From: Escherichia coli
Lineage (GTDB): Bacteria; Pseudomonadota; Gammaproteobacteria; Enterobacterales; Enterobacteriaceae
NCBI RefSeq assembly: GCF_003334255.1
Contig: NZ_QOWU01000024.1
Strand: one strand, 5' to 3'
Length of the DNA: 64,000 bases
How positions within the stretch are numbered: position 1 is the stretch's first letter; every line of letters starts with the position of its first letter. Below the pieces are notes generated by a model, which worked only from the letters and a program-made list of their open reading frames with translations, searched no databases and was not told where the DNA came from. A program made the position numbers and the translations under genes. This document shows, piece after piece, positions 45,273 through 57,907 of this stretch.

Positions 45273-45358
45273 TGCAAAATCCTGCTATTTGATTTGTATG
45301 AGTGATAAGTGTAACGCCGAATAATCGTCGTTGGCGAATTTTACGACTCTGACAGGAG

Positions 45359-46152
45359 GTGGCAATGCTGGTTGCCGCAGGACAGTTTGCTGTTACATCT
45401 GTGTGGGAAAAGAACGCTGAGATTTGTGCCTCGTTGATGGCGCAGGCGGCGGAAAACGACGTATCGCTGTTTGTCCTGCCGGAAGCATTGCTGGCGCGCG
45501 ATGATCATGATGCAGATCTATCGGTTAAATCAGCACAGCTGCTGGAAGGCGAATTCCTCGGACTTTACGGCGAGAAAGTAAACGTAACATGATGACGACA
45601 ATTCTGACGATTCATGTTCCTTCAACGCCGGGGCGCGCATGGAATATGCTGGTGGCACTTCAGGCAGGAAACATCGTCGCCCGTTATGCCAAACTGCATC
45701 TCTATGATGCATTTGCCATTCAGGAATCACGCCGTGTTGATGCTGGTAATGAAATCGCTCCGTTACTGGAGGTGGAAGGGATGAAGGTCGGTCTGATGAC
45801 CTGTTATGACTTACGCTTTCCAGAGCTGGCGCTGGCACAGGCATTACAGGGAGCTGAAATCCTGGTACTTCCTGCCGCCTGGGTTCGCGGGCCGCTCAAA
45901 GAGCATCACTGGTCAACGTTGCTTGCCGCTCGTGCGCTGGATACCACCTGTTATATGGTGGCGGCGGGGGAGTGCGGGAACAAAAATATCGGTCAAAGCC
46001 GGATTATAGATCCCTTTGGCGTCACCATTGCGGCAGCGTCAGAAATGCCTGCACTCATTATGGCGGAAGTGACGCCCGAACGTGTGCGTCAGGTGCGCGC
46101 GCAACTGCCCGTCTTAAACAACCGTCGCTTTGCGCCGCCGCAATTATTATGA
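45359..46152 (+). pseudogene. ybeM: Frameshifted C-N hydrolase (nitrilase-superfamily) gene
   Basis: Two co-directional ORFs (45359-45592 and 45589-46152) in different frames meet at an ATGA overlap and together resemble one nitrilase-family protein. Confidence 0.8.
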
Positions 46153-46280
46153 TGTTTTTTTACTCGGCGCTTGATTCACCTTGTTACAGATTGCTATTGT
46201 GTGCGCGCGTCGAATGACCGTTAATATTCTCTGGTTTTTAAGGCGCGTTCTGTTGCCGGTTATATGTCAAGAAGGTATCT

Positions 46281-46484
46281 ATGGGTGAGATTAGTATTAC
46301 CAAACTGCTGGTAGTTGCGGCGCTGGTCGTTCTGCTGTTTGGGACTAAGAAGTTACGTACGCTGGGCGGAGACCTTGGAGCGGCCATTAAAGGGTTCAAG
46401 AAGGCGATGAATGATGACGATGCTGCGGCGAAAAAAGGCGCAGACGTTGATCTTCAGGCTGAAAAGCTCTCTCATAAAGAGTGA
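46281..46484 (+). CDS. tatE: Twin-arginine translocase subunit TatE
   Basis: 67-aa ORF with N-terminal transmembrane helix and amphipathic helix (TatA paralog). Confidence 0.9.
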   Translation: MGEISITKLLVVAALVVLLFGTKKLRTLGGDLGAAIKGFKKAMNDDDAAAKKGADVDLQAEKLSHKE

Positions 46485-46523
46485 CGTGGCGAGCAGGACG
46501 CTCCCTCAATATCTTGTTCGATA

Positions 46524-46556
46524 CAAAAAACCCGCTTCAAAAAGCGGGTTTTTTAT
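46524..46556. terminator. Bidirectional rho-independent terminator between tatE and lipA
   Basis: aaaaaacccgctt caaaa agcgggttttttat between convergent genes. Confidence 0.75.
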
Positions 46557-46584
46557 CAGACAGATGTAAGTAATTATTACAGGA

Positions 46585-47550
46585 TTACTTAACTTCCATC
46601 CCTTTCGCCTGCAAATCGGCGTGGTAAGAAGAGCGGACAAACGGACCGCATGCAGCATGGGTAAAGCCCATCGCCAGCGCTTCGGCTTTCATTTCGTCGA
46701 ACTCATCCGGGCTAACGTAACGTTGAACCGGCAGGTGATGGCGGCTTGGCTGCAAATATTGCCCCAGCGTTAACATCGTCACACCATGACGGCGCAGGTC
46801 GCGCATTACCTCAATAATTTCTTCATTGGTTTCACCCAGTCCCACCATCAGACCAGACTTGGTCGGGATTTCCGGATGCGCTTCTTTAAAGCGTTCCAGC
46901 AGCTTCAGCGACCAGTTGTAATCTGCACCAGGCCGTACCTGACGGTAAATACGCGGTACGTTTTCCAGGTTATGGTTGAACACATCTGGTGGCGTTGCAG
47001 TCAGAATATCCAGAGCACGATCCATACGACCGCGGAAATCCGGCACCAGAGTTTCAATTTTGATTTGCGGGCTTTTTTCCCGAATGGCAGTAATGCAATC
47101 CGCAAAGTGCTGGGCACCGCCATCGCGCAGGTCATCACGGTCAACGGAGGTGATAACCACATAACGCAGCGCCATATCGGCAATGGTCTGCGCCAGTTTC
47201 ACTGGTTCATTGGCATCAGGAGCTACCGGGCGACCGTGGGCAACATCACAGAACGGACAACGGCGGGTACAAATAGCGCCGAGGATCATAAACGTTGCTG
47301 TGCCGTGGTTGAAGCATTCCGCCAGGTTAGGGCAGGAGGCTTCCTCGCAGACAGAATGCAGGCCATTTTTGCGCATTGCGGCTTTGATGCCCTGGATACG
47401 TGTAGAGTCCGCTGGAAGCTTGATTTTCATCCATTCCGGCTTGCGCAGCAGGGCTTCGCGCTCTGTTGCCACGTTTTTAACCGGGATAAGGGCCATCTTA
47501 TCGGCATCGCGGTATTTAACACCGCGTTCCATCACAATGGGTTTACTCAT
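46585..47550 (-). CDS. lipA: Lipoyl synthase (radical SAM)
   Basis: 321-aa ORF with the CxxxCxxC radical-SAM motif (CTRRCPFC) and the N-terminal cysteine cluster. Confidence 0.95.
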
Positions 47551-47758
47551 AGCGTGCGTGTTCCAGTTGCGAATTACGAAGGAAAGCGTTTCAATTCAAT
47601 AGATTGTTGTAATTATCAACTATTTTTGAATTAACGACTGGCAGTATATCATTGAAACGGACCTGAAAGCAGCCAAAGCGGTCGCGAAAATGTAAAATTG
47701 TTGTTGGATTGTGCCATTTTATCGTTCTGCGCTGTGATCTGGCTGTAACAATACTTTT

Positions 47759-48712
47759 TCAAAATGCATTACGGATAACATCTATTACTCCGTGCAGGAT
47801 GGGATCACGCAGGCTGAATTTGTTGTAGTGGATAGAGAAATCTATTTGCTCCTCATTTAAGGACGGAAAAGGCAGTTTTTCCAGCGGCCAGCAGCGGCTA
47901 AACAGGTTATAAAAACGGCTGGGAATAATCGCTAACATGTCACTGTTGGCAACCAGTGCAGCGATTGTCAAAATGTTGTAGCTGGTGAAATTGATTTGCC
48001 GGTCCGGAAACATTTCTTGAACTCTCTGCCGCAGACCGCTGAAATTTTGCTCTTCCGGTAACAGAAGTACATGCGCAGCGTTGTCGATAGTCTCTCTGTC
48101 ATCTTCTAAAGAGAGTAGTGGATTTCCCTCGCGGCAAATTAACACCATATTGTCGGTGAACAGAACATGATGTTGCACCGTACGATTGGTGCAAAACATG
48201 TTATCGATGATGAGATCGGTTTGAAACTGACTGAGTTGGTTTTCCGCGTCGCTGATGGGCGGGTTGCGCAGTAAAAGCTGCGGATAGTGAGTTTTAATCG
48301 CCCGATAGATGACAGGAAGGACCAGTGCTCCGACCGAGGGAGTGGTCGCAATAGTTATCGTTCGTTGCTTATCATAGCTTCCTTCGATATCCAGCGCGCC
48401 AAGAATGGACTCAAGGCCCTGACTGATATACTCATGTAGATGCATCGCAAATGCGGTAGGAGTGACACCCTGGCCTTTGCGAATAAACAATGGGTCAGGG
48501 AATATAACGCGCAGTTTCTGAATAGACTGACTGATTGCCGAGGGGGTCAGATTAAGCACTTTCGCTGCATTAACGATCCCTTTATGTACATATACAGCTT
48601 CAAAAATAGTCAGAAGGTTAAGATCAATATTTCGTAAGGTTGTAAATATTTGTGGTTTACCTTCTGACGACTTTCTGCTTAAACAGGGTTCAATTTGATT
48701 ATTACTATCCAC
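47759..48712 (-). CDS. ybeF: LysR-type transcriptional regulator
   Basis: 317-aa ORF with LysR-type helix-turn-helix (NAAKVLNLTPSAISQSIQKLR); AT-rich. Confidence 0.8.
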   Translation of the reverse strand: MDSNNQIEPCLSRKSSEGKPQIFTTLRNIDLNLLTIFEAVYVHKGIVNAAKVLNLTPSAISQSIQKLRVIFPDPLFIRKGQGVTPTAFAMHLHEYISQGLESILGALDIEGSYDKQRTITIATTPSVGALVLPVIYRAIKTHYPQLLLRNPPISDAENQLSQFQTDLIIDNMFCTNRTVQHHVLFTDNMVLICREGNPLLSLEDDRETIDNAAHVLLLPEEQNFSGLRQRVQEMFPDRQINFTSYNILTIAALVANSDMLAIIPSRFYNLFSRCWPLEKLPFPSLNEEQIDFSIHYNKFSLRDPILHGVIDVIRNAF

Positions 48713-48970
48713 GCACTTACTCCAATTTTATTCATGGAAAAATAATATTTAAAAAATTACAATAATCTTATGTCTAATTGGAACGGAACGCTTTTGCTCA
48801 CCATAATCAACTATTTCAATAGGTTAATCAATGGGGTGAGTTACGGAGCAAGGCGTGGCACCGCATTTCTGCAAGTGATAAAGAAAATATACAAACGCGA
48901 AGGAGATGTAAAGCATTAGCAGATATTATGAGTAATGACCCAGTGTAAATTGGGCCATTGATGTATGGAA

Positions 48971-49612
48971 TTAAGCGGTAATATATTCGAAGTCCGGATT
49001 GTTTAGTAGCGCTAAAATATTTTCCAGTAAACGTGGAGCAATATTATTAGTCGTCGCTTCGGGTTTCCATTGTGATATTTTAGCCATTTCCATTCCGGCA
49101 TACCCACAAGGATTAATACGTAAAAATGGTGAAAGATCCATATTGACGTTTAATGCCAGACCGTGGAATGAACAACCGCGTCGAATACGTAAACCCAGTG
49201 AGCAAATTTTCTTTTCCCCAACATAGACACCTGGCGCGTCAGCCCGAGGATGCGCTTCTATACCCAGTTCAGCCAGGGTATTCACCACTGTTTGCTCAAG
49301 CAAGGTCACCAGTTCACGCACACCGAGTTTACGGCGTTTCAGGTTAAGCAACACATACATCACCTGTTGCCCCGGCCCGTGATAAGTCACCTGCCCACCG
49401 CGATCGCTCTGGATCACCGGAATATCACCCGGCATTAAAATGTGCTCCGCTTTTCCTGCCTGACCTTGGGTGAATACCGGATAGTGCTCGACCAGCCAGA
49501 TTTCATCAAGGGTACTATCATCGCGGGTATCGGTGAATTCATGCATAGCCTGGGAGATTGGCTCGTAAGGCTGAAGACCGAGCTGGCGGACAAGAATTTT
49601 ATCCTGATACAA
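48971..49612 (-). CDS. lipB: Octanoyltransferase (lipoyl(octanoyl) transferase)
   Basis: 213-aa ORF with TTG start (caa at 49610-49612); recognised as LipB. Confidence 0.9.
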
Positions 49613-49712
49613 AACGGCATCTCCGTGGAGAATGAGTAAAAGTGGGGGAAAAGTATATCACAGCGAGGAGAGGGGAGTTACCCGACCAGGAGCCGGGTAA
49701 CGGAGAAGCGAG

Positions 49713-49976
49713 TTACAGAACCATGCGGACAATATCGATTTTGCCCAGTTCTTCATACAGTGTTTCAACCTGCTCGATATGAGTGGCGTTGATAGTGATA
49801 GATACCGAGTGGTAGTTGCCTTTGCTGCTTGGTTTTACCGTTGGGGTGTAGTCACCTGGCGCATGGCGCTGTACCACTTCAACCACCTGATCAACCAGCT
49901 CAGGTAACGCCTGCCCCATAACTTTGTAAGTAAAAGGAGTAGGGAATTCAAGCAGTTCGTTAAGTTTGGTTTTCAT
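49713..49976 (-). CDS. ybeD: UPF0250-family small protein
   Basis: 87-aa ORF recognised as YbeD. Confidence 0.9.
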
Positions 49977-50007
49977 GTCAGCTCCGGCGTAACGTAATTA
50001 AATAGCA

Positions 50008-50036
50008 ACTCCCGCCAGAAGGCGGGAGTTTTTTAC
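50008..50036. terminator. Hairpin between dacA and ybeD (probable dacA terminator or attenuator)
   Basis: ctcccgcc agaa ggcgggag: perfect 8-bp stem with an A-run upstream and ttttttact downstream on the plus strand. Confidence 0.5.
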
Positions 50037-50085
50037 TGATGCTTAGTATATGGGGACGGAAATTACACTTTCAAGTGTTTAATTT

Positions 50086-51297
50086 TTAACCAAACCAGTG
50101 ATGGAACATTAATTTAATGTAATCAATGATTTTGCCGAAGAAGTTACCTTCCGGGATTTCTTGCAACACAACCAGCGGGCGTTGCTCGATCGTTTTGCCA
50201 TCAAGCTGGAAGTTGATAGTTCCGACGACCTGATTCTTTTGCAGCGGCGCATGCAATTCACTGCTGTTCAGCACATAGCTGGCTTTCAGATCTTTCATGC
50301 GACCACGCGGAATGGTCAGGTACACGTCTTTATCAACCCCTAACGAAGCGCGATCAGAATCACCAAACCAAACCGGTTCAGAGGCGAACTCTTTACCTAC
50401 TTTCAGTGGGTTAACGGTTTCAAAGAAACGGAAGCCCCAGGTTAGCAGTTTTTTACTTTCGGCTTCACGGCCTTTAAAAGTACGTCCGCCCATTACCGCA
50501 GAAATCAAGCGCATCTGGCCTTCAGTCGCAGAAGCAACAAGGTTGTAACCTGCTTTGTCAGTGTGTCCGGTTTTGATGCCGTCGACATTCAGGCTGTTAT
50601 CCCATAACAGGCCGTTACGGTTCAGCTGGCGAATACCGTTAAACGTAAATTCTTTTTCTTTATAGATCGAGTATTCATTCGGTACGTCACGGATCAATGC
50701 CTGGCCGATCAGCGCCATATCTCGCGCGGAGCTGTACTGACCATCAGCATCCAGACCATGTACCGTCTGGAAGTGGGTATTTTTCAGGCCCAGTGCGTTA
50801 ACGTAGCTGTTCATCAAGCCAACAAAAGCGTCCTGGCTACCAGCGGCAAAATCGGCCATGGCGACACAAGCATCGTTACCCGATTGCAGGTTAATACCGC
50901 GGATCAGCTGAGAAACCGGAACCTGCATGCCCGGTTTGAGGAACATCAGCGAAGAACCTTTAAACACCGGGTTACCGGTGGCCCATGCGTCGTTGCCGAT
51001 AGTGACTAAATCAGTTTCTTTAAATTTACCGGCTTTCATTGCCTGGCCGATAACGTAACTGGTCATCATTTTGGTCAGGCTGGCAGGATCGCGGCGGACA
51101 TCTGCGTTCTGTTCGGCGAGCACTTTGCCGGAGTTATAGTCAATCAGGATGTAGGACTCCGCATCGATCTGCGGTACACCCGGGATCATAGTTTTGATAT
51201 TCAGGTCATCGGCATGTGCAGCAGAGATAAAGGCTGTGCAAAGAGCCGTGGTGAGCGCCAGGCGCTTCATGATACGAGCGGAAAAAATGGTATTCAT
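50086..51297 (-). CDS. dacA: D-alanyl-D-alanine carboxypeptidase PBP5
   Basis: Start trimmed to [18 protein letters not shown] (cat at 51295-51297), 403 aa; SxxK motif (SLTK) present. Confidence 0.9.
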
Positions 51298-51435
51298 GGT
51301 CTGAACTACGACATCCGTGATGGAATTAAAAAAGTGCCCTACTATAGCAAATGCACTACCGGCAGGCATCTGACTTTCCGCGTGACTTTGTTAACGTCAT
51401 TTACAGAAATTGACACATCAGATGCCTGCTTTACG

Positions 51436-52524
51436 CTACTGCGCGGTAGTAATAAATGACTGTAATTGGGCTTCGGTTTGCAAACGTTGCTGCAAGGTAC
51501 TGGCTTCGGCTTTGCTGGCGAATGGGCCAAGCTGGATCCGCCAGACCGCGCCATTTTGAGTTACGCGACCGGGGACGCCGAACTTCTGTCCCAGTTGCTG
51601 TTGGTACTGTTGCGCACGAGCCTGATCGCTTACGGCCCCGACTTGCACCATAAAGTTGCCGCTGGCGCTTTGCGAGACGGCTTGCGGTGTCACCATTGCA
51701 GGCGAGGTTGCAGGCGTTGTCGACGGAGCTGTAACAACGGGCTGTGGCGCAGGCGTCGGTTCGCTGCCTTCCAGTACACCAGGCGCTAAGGTCGTTGGTG
51801 CGCCGAGGAAACCGCTACTGGTTACCGGCGCGCCGGTCGGATCTTCGCTTTTTAGCGTCGAATTACTGACCGGAAGAATGTCACCCTGCGGGCCAGACAC
51901 TGAACTTGTTCCCGCGCCACCGCTTAAATCGGGAGGTGCAGGCAGGGCGTAAGTCTGTTTGGCGACTGTGGTACAAGCCATACCAGGACCAGAAAGCGAA
52001 CCATCCTGGGCAACAATAATCGGATCGATACGAACTTTGGTGTTGTTTGACGTGTTAAGACGGTCAGCTGCCGCGCGAGAAAGTGAAATAACGCGGTCGT
52101 TGCCGTAAGGGCCGCGATCATTAATGCGCACCACGATCATTCGCCCGTTAGCCAGGTTAGTGATTCTGGCGTAGCTGGGGATCGGAAGCGTTGGATGGGC
52201 TGCCGTCAGCTGTGTCGGATCGAATGCTTCGCCAGAGGCCGTCAGGTTACTGCCGGGTTCGGCATCATAGATTGCCGCCAGTCCCGCCTGGCTAAATCGA
52301 GACGGATCCTGCACGATTTTGTAGCTTTTACCGTCGCGCTGGTAATCCTGATTTGCCGTCGCGTTCAGTGGTTCGAAACGCGGGTCCGCCCCGCTAATTT
52401 CAACTATAGGGCCGTTACATACCGCAGGCTGCGGTACACTTACCGTCTGTTGCTGACCATCATCGCTTGTACATGCCGCGAGCATTCCTGCCGCGATGCA
52501 GATCCCGAGCCACTGCTTACGCAT
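51436..52524 (-). CDS. rlpA: Rare lipoprotein A (septal lytic transglycosylase with SPOR domain)
   Basis: 362-aa ORF with lipoprotein signal (LAAC), Pro/Thr-rich linker and C-terminal SPOR-like region. Confidence 0.9.
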   Translation of the reverse strand: MRKQWLGICIAAGMLAACTSDDGQQQTVSVPQPAVCNGPIVEISGADPRFEPLNATANQDYQRDGKSYKIVQDPSRFSQAGLAAIYDAEPGSNLTASGEAFDPTQLTAAHPTLPIPSYARITNLANGRMIVVRINDRGPYGNDRVISLSRAAADRLNTSNNTKVRIDPIIVAQDGSLSGPGMACTTVAKQTYALPAPPDLSGGAGTSSVSGPQGDILPVSNSTLKSEDPTGAPVTSSGFLGAPTTLAPGVLEGSEPTPAPQPVVTAPSTTPATSPAMVTPQAVSQSASGNFMVQVGAVSDQARAQQYQQQLGQKFGVPGRVTQNGAVWRIQLGPFASKAEASTLQQRLQTEAQLQSFITTAQ

Positions 52525-52534
52525 TGCGCACCTC

Positions 52535-53647
52535 TTACACGCTTTTCGACAACATTTTCCTGTGGGTGTGGATTGACATTACAATCCCGAACCCAGCCAT
52601 CAGCACAATTAGCGCCGATCCTCCATAACTGACCAGTGGGAGCGGAACCCCTACAACCGGCAGAATACCGCTTACCATACCAATATTTACGAAGACATAA
52701 ACGAATAATATCAGCATTAAGCCGCCAGCCATGACGCGACCAAAGGTGGTTTGCGCTCTGGCGGCTATCCACAGCCCGCGCATGATCAGCAGAATGTAGA
52801 GAGCGAGCAGAATCAGAATGCCCACTAATCCCAGCTCTTCCGCCAGTACCGCGAAGATAAAGTCAGTATGGCGTTCGGGGAGAAATTCAAGCTGTGACTG
52901 AGTGCCGTGCAGCCAGCCTTTGCCGCGTAATCCGCCGGAGCCAATAGCAATTTTAGACTGAATAATGTGATAGCCCGCGCCGAGTGGGTCTGATTCCGGG
53001 TCCAGGAGCATCATTACGCGCTGGCGCTGGTAATCATGCATCAGGAAGAACCACAGAATCGGAATGAACGCCGCTACCAGCACTACTGCGACGCCAATCA
53101 GACGCCAGCTAAGGCCAGAGAGGAACAGTACAAACAGACCGGAAAGCGCAACGAGGATTGATGTTCCCAGGTCAGGCTGTGCAGCCACCAGCAGCGTGGG
53201 CATAAATATCAGCACCAGCGCGATGCCAGTGTTCTTCAACGATGGCGGGCAAACGTCGCGGTTGATAAAGCGCGCAACCATCAGTGGTACGGCTATTTTG
53301 GCAATTTCCGACGGCTGAAAACGAACAATACCGAGGTCCAGCCAGCGTTGAGCACCTTTAGAGATGGCACCGAAAGCATCTACCGCCACCAGCAAAATAA
53401 TACAGATGATATAGAGATAGGGGGCCCAGCCTTCATAAACGCGTGGAGGAATTTGCGCCATCACCACCATGATGACCAGACCCATCGCGATTTGGCCGAT
53501 TTTACGCTCCATCATGCCAATATCCTGACCGCTGGCGCTCCAGATAACCAGGGCGCTGTAAACCAGCAATGCCAGTAAGATCAGCAGCATTGTGGGATCG
53601 AGATGGACTTTATCCCAGAATGTTTTTTTATTCGGATTATCCGTCAT
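52535..53647 (-). CDS. mrdB: Peptidoglycan glycosyltransferase RodA (SEDS family)
   Basis: 370-aa polytopic membrane ORF recognised as RodA. Confidence 0.95.
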   Translation of the reverse strand: MTDNPNKKTFWDKVHLDPTMLLILLALLVYSALVIWSASGQDIGMMERKIGQIAMGLVIMVVMAQIPPRVYEGWAPYLYIICIILLVAVDAFGAISKGAQRWLDLGIVRFQPSEIAKIAVPLMVARFINRDVCPPSLKNTGIALVLIFMPTLLVAAQPDLGTSILVALSGLFVLFLSGLSWRLIGVAVVLVAAFIPILWFFLMHDYQRQRVMMLLDPESDPLGAGYHIIQSKIAIGSGGLRGKGWLHGTQSQLEFLPERHTDFIFAVLAEELGLVGILILLALYILLIMRGLWIAARAQTTFGRVMAGGLMLILFVYVFVNIGMVSGILPVVGVPLPLVSYGGSALIVLMAGFGIVMSIHTHRKMLSKSV

Positions 53648-53649
53648 GA

Positions 53650-55551
53650 TTAATGGTCCTCCGCTGCGGCAACCGCTGGATTTTCCGCAGGCAGATCGGT
53701 GTTGTTATCACCCAGCATAATGTGGTCGAGGATCTGGCGCATCAGTGTACCAACCGCCGGACCCGCACCACCGTTCTCCAGAATCATGGCGACAGCCACT
53801 TGCGGATTGTTGTATGGCGCAAAGGCGGTCATCAGTTTGTGGTCACGTAAACGCTCGGCAATTTTGTGCGCATTATAGGTTTCGTTCGCTTTCAGACCGA
53901 AGACCTGAGCGGTACCGGATTTCGCCGCAATTTTGTACGGTGCGCTAGCAAAGTATTTATGCGCCGTACCGTTAGGGCGGTTAGCAACACCGTACATACC
54001 GTCTTTCGCCAGCTCCCAGTAACCGGAATGAATATCGCCGACGGGCGGTTCATGCGGCTGTACCCATGGCACCTGTTTGCCGTCTTCGGCGGTGCTCATC
54101 AGCAAATGAGGAACCTTCACGATACCGTCATTAATCAGGATCATCAGTGCCTTACTCATCTGGATTGGGGTCGCTGTCCAGTAACCCTGACCGATACCAA
54201 CCGGAATGGTGTCACCCTGATACCACGGTTTTTTAAAGCGTTTCTGTTTCCATTCGCGGGTAGGCATGTTGCCGGAACGTTCTTCCGCCAGGTCGATACC
54301 GGTGTAATGACCATAACCGAATTTACCCATCCATTCGGAGAGGCGATCGATCCCCATATCGTAGGCCACCTGATAGAAGAAGGTATCCGCAGATTCTTCC
54401 AGCGATCTTGTGACATTCAGACGCCCGTGGCCCCATTTTTTCCAGTCACGATAACGTTTTTCCGAACCTGGCAGTTGCCACCAGCCTGGGTCAAACAGCG
54501 TCGTATTGCGCGTGATCACCCCGGCGCTCAATGCCGAAACCGCCACATAGGGTTTAACTGTAGACGCGGGAGGATAAACCCCCTGTGTGGCGCGGTTCAC
54601 CAGCGGTGTATTCGGATCGTTCAACAAGGCGGAATAATCTTTGCTGGAGATACCGTCAACAAACAAGTTTGGGTCATAACTAGGCGTGGAAACCAGCGCC
54701 AGCACCCCACCTGTACGCGGATCGGTGACTACCACAGCTGCGCGGCTACCCGCCAGCAGCGTTTCAATATATTGCTGGAGTTTGAGATCCAGCGTCAGGT
54801 AAATATCGTGTCCGGCTTGCGGTGGTACTTCTTTTAACTGGCGAATAACACGCCCACGGTTGTTAACTTCAACCTCTTCATAACCGGTCTGACCGTGCAG
54901 CACATCTTCATAGTAACGCTCAATGCCCAGCTTACCGATATCATGCGTTGCCGCATAGTTGGCCAGTTTGCCGTCATTATTCAGGCGTTCGACGTCTTTA
55001 TCGTTGATTTTCGACACATAGCCGATGACGTGGGTCAACGCCGAACCGTAAGGATAGTAACGACGTTTATAGCCTTTAACTTCGACACCCGGAAAACGGT
55101 ACTGATTGACGGCAAAGCGAGCTACTTGTACTTCGGTCAGGTTAGTTTTCACCGGAATAGAGGTGAAACGGTGTGAACGTGCGCGCTCTTTTCGGAATGC
55201 AGCAATATCGTCATCGGTCAGATCTACCACGCTGCGCAAAGCGTCCAGCGTTTGCTGCACGTTATCGACTTTCTCCGGCATCATTTCTATCTGGTAGATA
55301 GTGCGGTTGAGGGCCAGAGGGATACCGTTACGATCGTAGATAATGCCGCGGCTGGGCGCGATAGGCACCAGCTTAATGCGGTTTTCATTAGAGCGGGTCT
55401 GGTAGTCGGTAAAGCGAACAATTTGCAGATTATACAGGTTGGCGATAAGCACGCCGGTCAGCAGCAAAATCCCCAAAAAGGCGACCAGCGCCCGGCGCAC
55501 AAACAGCGCGGACTCTGCCGTATAGTCGCGAAAAGAGTTCTGTAGTTTCAT
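53650..55551 (-). CDS. mrdA: Penicillin-binding protein 2 (elongasome transpeptidase)
   Basis: 633-aa ORF with transpeptidase motifs (STVK, KSGTAQ). Confidence 0.95.
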   Translation of the reverse strand: MKLQNSFRDYTAESALFVRRALVAFLGILLLTGVLIANLYNLQIVRFTDYQTRSNENRIKLVPIAPSRGIIYDRNGIPLALNRTIYQIEMMPEKVDNVQQTLDALRSVVDLTDDDIAAFRKERARSHRFTSIPVKTNLTEVQVARFAVNQYRFPGVEVKGYKRRYYPYGSALTHVIGYVSKINDKDVERLNNDGKLANYAATHDIGKLGIERYYEDVLHGQTGYEEVEVNNRGRVIRQLKEVPPQAGHDIYLTLDLKLQQYIETLLAGSRAAVVVTDPRTGGVLALVSTPSYDPNLFVDGISSKDYSALLNDPNTPLVNRATQGVYPPASTVKPYVAVSALSAGVITRNTTLFDPGWWQLPGSEKRYRDWKKWGHGRLNVTRSLEESADTFFYQVAYDMGIDRLSEWMGKFGYGHYTGIDLAEERSGNMPTREWKQKRFKKPWYQGDTIPVGIGQGYWTATPIQMSKALMILINDGIVKVPHLLMSTAEDGKQVPWVQPHEPPVGDIHSGYWELAKDGMYGVANRPNGTAHKYFASAPYKIAAKSGTAQVFGLKANETYNAHKIAERLRDHKLMTAFAPYNNPQVAVAMILENGGAGPAVGTLMRQILDHIMLGDNNTDLPAENPAVAAAEDH

Positions 55552-55581
55552 CCGCTGCGTTTTCTACTCAAAGCTCCCTTA

Positions 55582-56049
55582 TCACTCACGGTGATAAGGA
55601 TGGTTGGTGGTGATGCTCCACGCCCGGTACAGACTCTCTGCGACCAGCACGCGAACCAGCGGATGGGGGAGGGTAAGCGCCGACAGCGACCAGCTCTGCT
55701 CAGCCGCCGCTTTACAGGCAGGCGACAACCCTTCAGGCCCGCCAATCAGTAGACTGACGTCGCGACCATCCAGCTTCCAGCGTTCCAGCTCAGCGGCTAA
55801 CTGCGGCGTATCCCAGGGCTTGCCTGGAATATCGAGGGTGACAATGCGGTTTTTGCCTGCGGCCGCCAACATCTGCTCACCCTCTTTGTCGAGTATGCGC
55901 TTGATGTCCGCATTCTTGCCGCGTTTTCCGGCCGGAATTTCAATCAGCTCGAAGGGCATATCTTTCGGAAAACGACGCAGGTACTCGGTAAAACCGGTTT
56001 GTACCCAGTCCGGCATTTTCGTTCCCACGGCGACAAGTTGCAGCTTCAC
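55582..56049 (-). CDS. rlmH: 23S rRNA (pseudouridine1915-N3)-methyltransferase
   Basis: 155-aa SPOUT-family ORF recognised as RlmH (YbeA). Confidence 0.9.
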
Positions 56050-56052
56050 GCA

Positions 56053-56388
<336 letters not shown>

Positions 56389-56629
56389 TCAAATAGATAA
56401 AAATGGTCTGTCAGTATACCTGAACCAGAGGCGATTTCGGGACAATTGTCGCCGAATCGGCTTTCGAAAGTGGGCTATCATCCCACCCCGCGCCGCAGAT
56501 TGCATCGCCATTTTTGTAAAACAATTTCTACAAAGTCGTGTCTGGCGGAAAAAGTCTGGCTGCGGAGAATATCAGCCTGCCCGGGTCTGTCAATGGTCGT
56601 TGCGGCTTACCCGTAAAAAAACAGAAAAG

Positions 56630-57241
56630 TCATGCATTCTCGACCCCGATGGCACGGCTATTGAGGACGCGTAGCGTCGCGAATTTTTGGTTGATATCAA
56701 TGGCGCTCCAACACCCCTGGTCAACGCGAAAATGCCACATAGCCTCGGCAGGCATGCCAATTAAACGGGCGATTAACAGACTCAGTACACCCTGATGGCT
56801 GACGACTAAAATATTCTGATAGTGCTGAAATTCACTAAGCCTTGCGATAAAGCGTTCCACACGTTGCGAAAATGCCTGAAATCCTTCACCGTTCGTGGGG
56901 ATTGCATGCTGCCAGTCATTGCACCACGCGCTATAGTTTTCGGCATCTTCTTGCATGAGGTCGCGATGATGTCGCATCTCCCAGTCGCCAAAAAACATTT
57001 CGTTGAGTTCAGGTATGATTTGCACGGGGAGCTGGCGGTCACTGAGAACCAGTCGCGCGGTATGCTGTGCCCGTTCCAGTTCACTGCATAAAACCAGATC
57101 AAAGGAAACACCATGTAGCAGCGTATGCAGATTTTGCGCTTGCTCAATACCGCGCGCGGTCAGGGGGGTGGGCGCATGACCGCTGTAAAGACCATCGATA
57201 TTCGCTTGCGTTTCACCATGACGAATTAACCACAGTCGCAT
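56630..57241 (-). CDS. cobC: Phosphoglycerate-mutase-family phosphatase (adenosylcobalamin / alpha-ribazole phosphatase)
   Basis: Start placed at MRLWLIRHGETQ (RHGE histidine-phosphatase motif), 203 aa. Confidence 0.85.
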   Translation of the reverse strand: MRLWLIRHGETQANIDGLYSGHAPTPLTARGIEQAQNLHTLLHGVSFDLVLCSELERAQHTARLVLSDRQLPVQIIPELNEMFFGDWEMRHHRDLMQEDAENYSAWCNDWQHAIPTNGEGFQAFSQRVERFIARLSEFQHYQNILVVSHQGVLSLLIARLIGMPAEAMWHFRVDQGCWSAIDINQKFATLRVLNSRAIGVENA

Positions 57242-57264
57242 CATGCCCTCCGTAACGACAGGTA

Positions 57265-57906
57265 TCAGCGATACAAGCCTTGTTGGTTAATGTAAGTCAG
57301 TACCGGTTCCGGCAATAAATCCTCACATGATTCACCGTTTTGCAAACGTTCGCGGATGATGGTCGCCGAGATGTTAAACCACGGCGTTTCAGCCAGATAA
57401 ATTTTACCGGCAGGCTGAAGGTGAAGATCTTCCGGGTTATGTGTCAAATGATCTTCCAGCCATTGCTGGTATTGCGGTTGCGCCATTTCAAGTGGGTAAC
57501 CTGGACGCCGACAGACGATCAAATGTGCATTGTCGAGTATCGTTTCGTATTCGTACCAGGTCGGAAAGGTCAGCAGTGAATCCTGACCAATAATAAACGC
57601 CAGCGGCACGTCCGGTCCTTGTTCCTGCCGCCACTCTTTCAGTGTTTGCGCAGTGTAAGAGGGGGCATTGCGCTTTAGCTCGCGTTCATCAAGAGTAAAT
57701 AATGGCTTGTCGGCAATCGCCAGTTCAAGCATGTGTTTACGCTGCACGCTGTTCGCTTCCGGCTGGGGACGATGCGGAGGAACATTATTAGGGATGATTG
57801 TGACCCGCGTCAGACCAATCAAATTCGCCAGCGTTTCCACGGGTTTTAGATGACCATAGTGCACCGGATCAAAGGTGCCGCCAAACAGAGCCTGTAAAGA
57901 TTTCAT
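57265..57906 (-). CDS. nadD: Nicotinate-nucleotide adenylyltransferase
   Basis: 213-aa ORF with [11 protein letters not shown] nucleotidyltransferase motif. Confidence 0.9.
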
Positions 57907-57907
57907 A

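Noticed and set aside
46786-47634. 282-aa plus-strand ORF antisense to lipA
   Set aside because: Antisense shadow ORF within lipA; no independent support.
53866-54837. 323-aa plus-strand ORF antisense to mrdA
   Set aside because: Antisense shadow ORF within the mrdA coding sequence.
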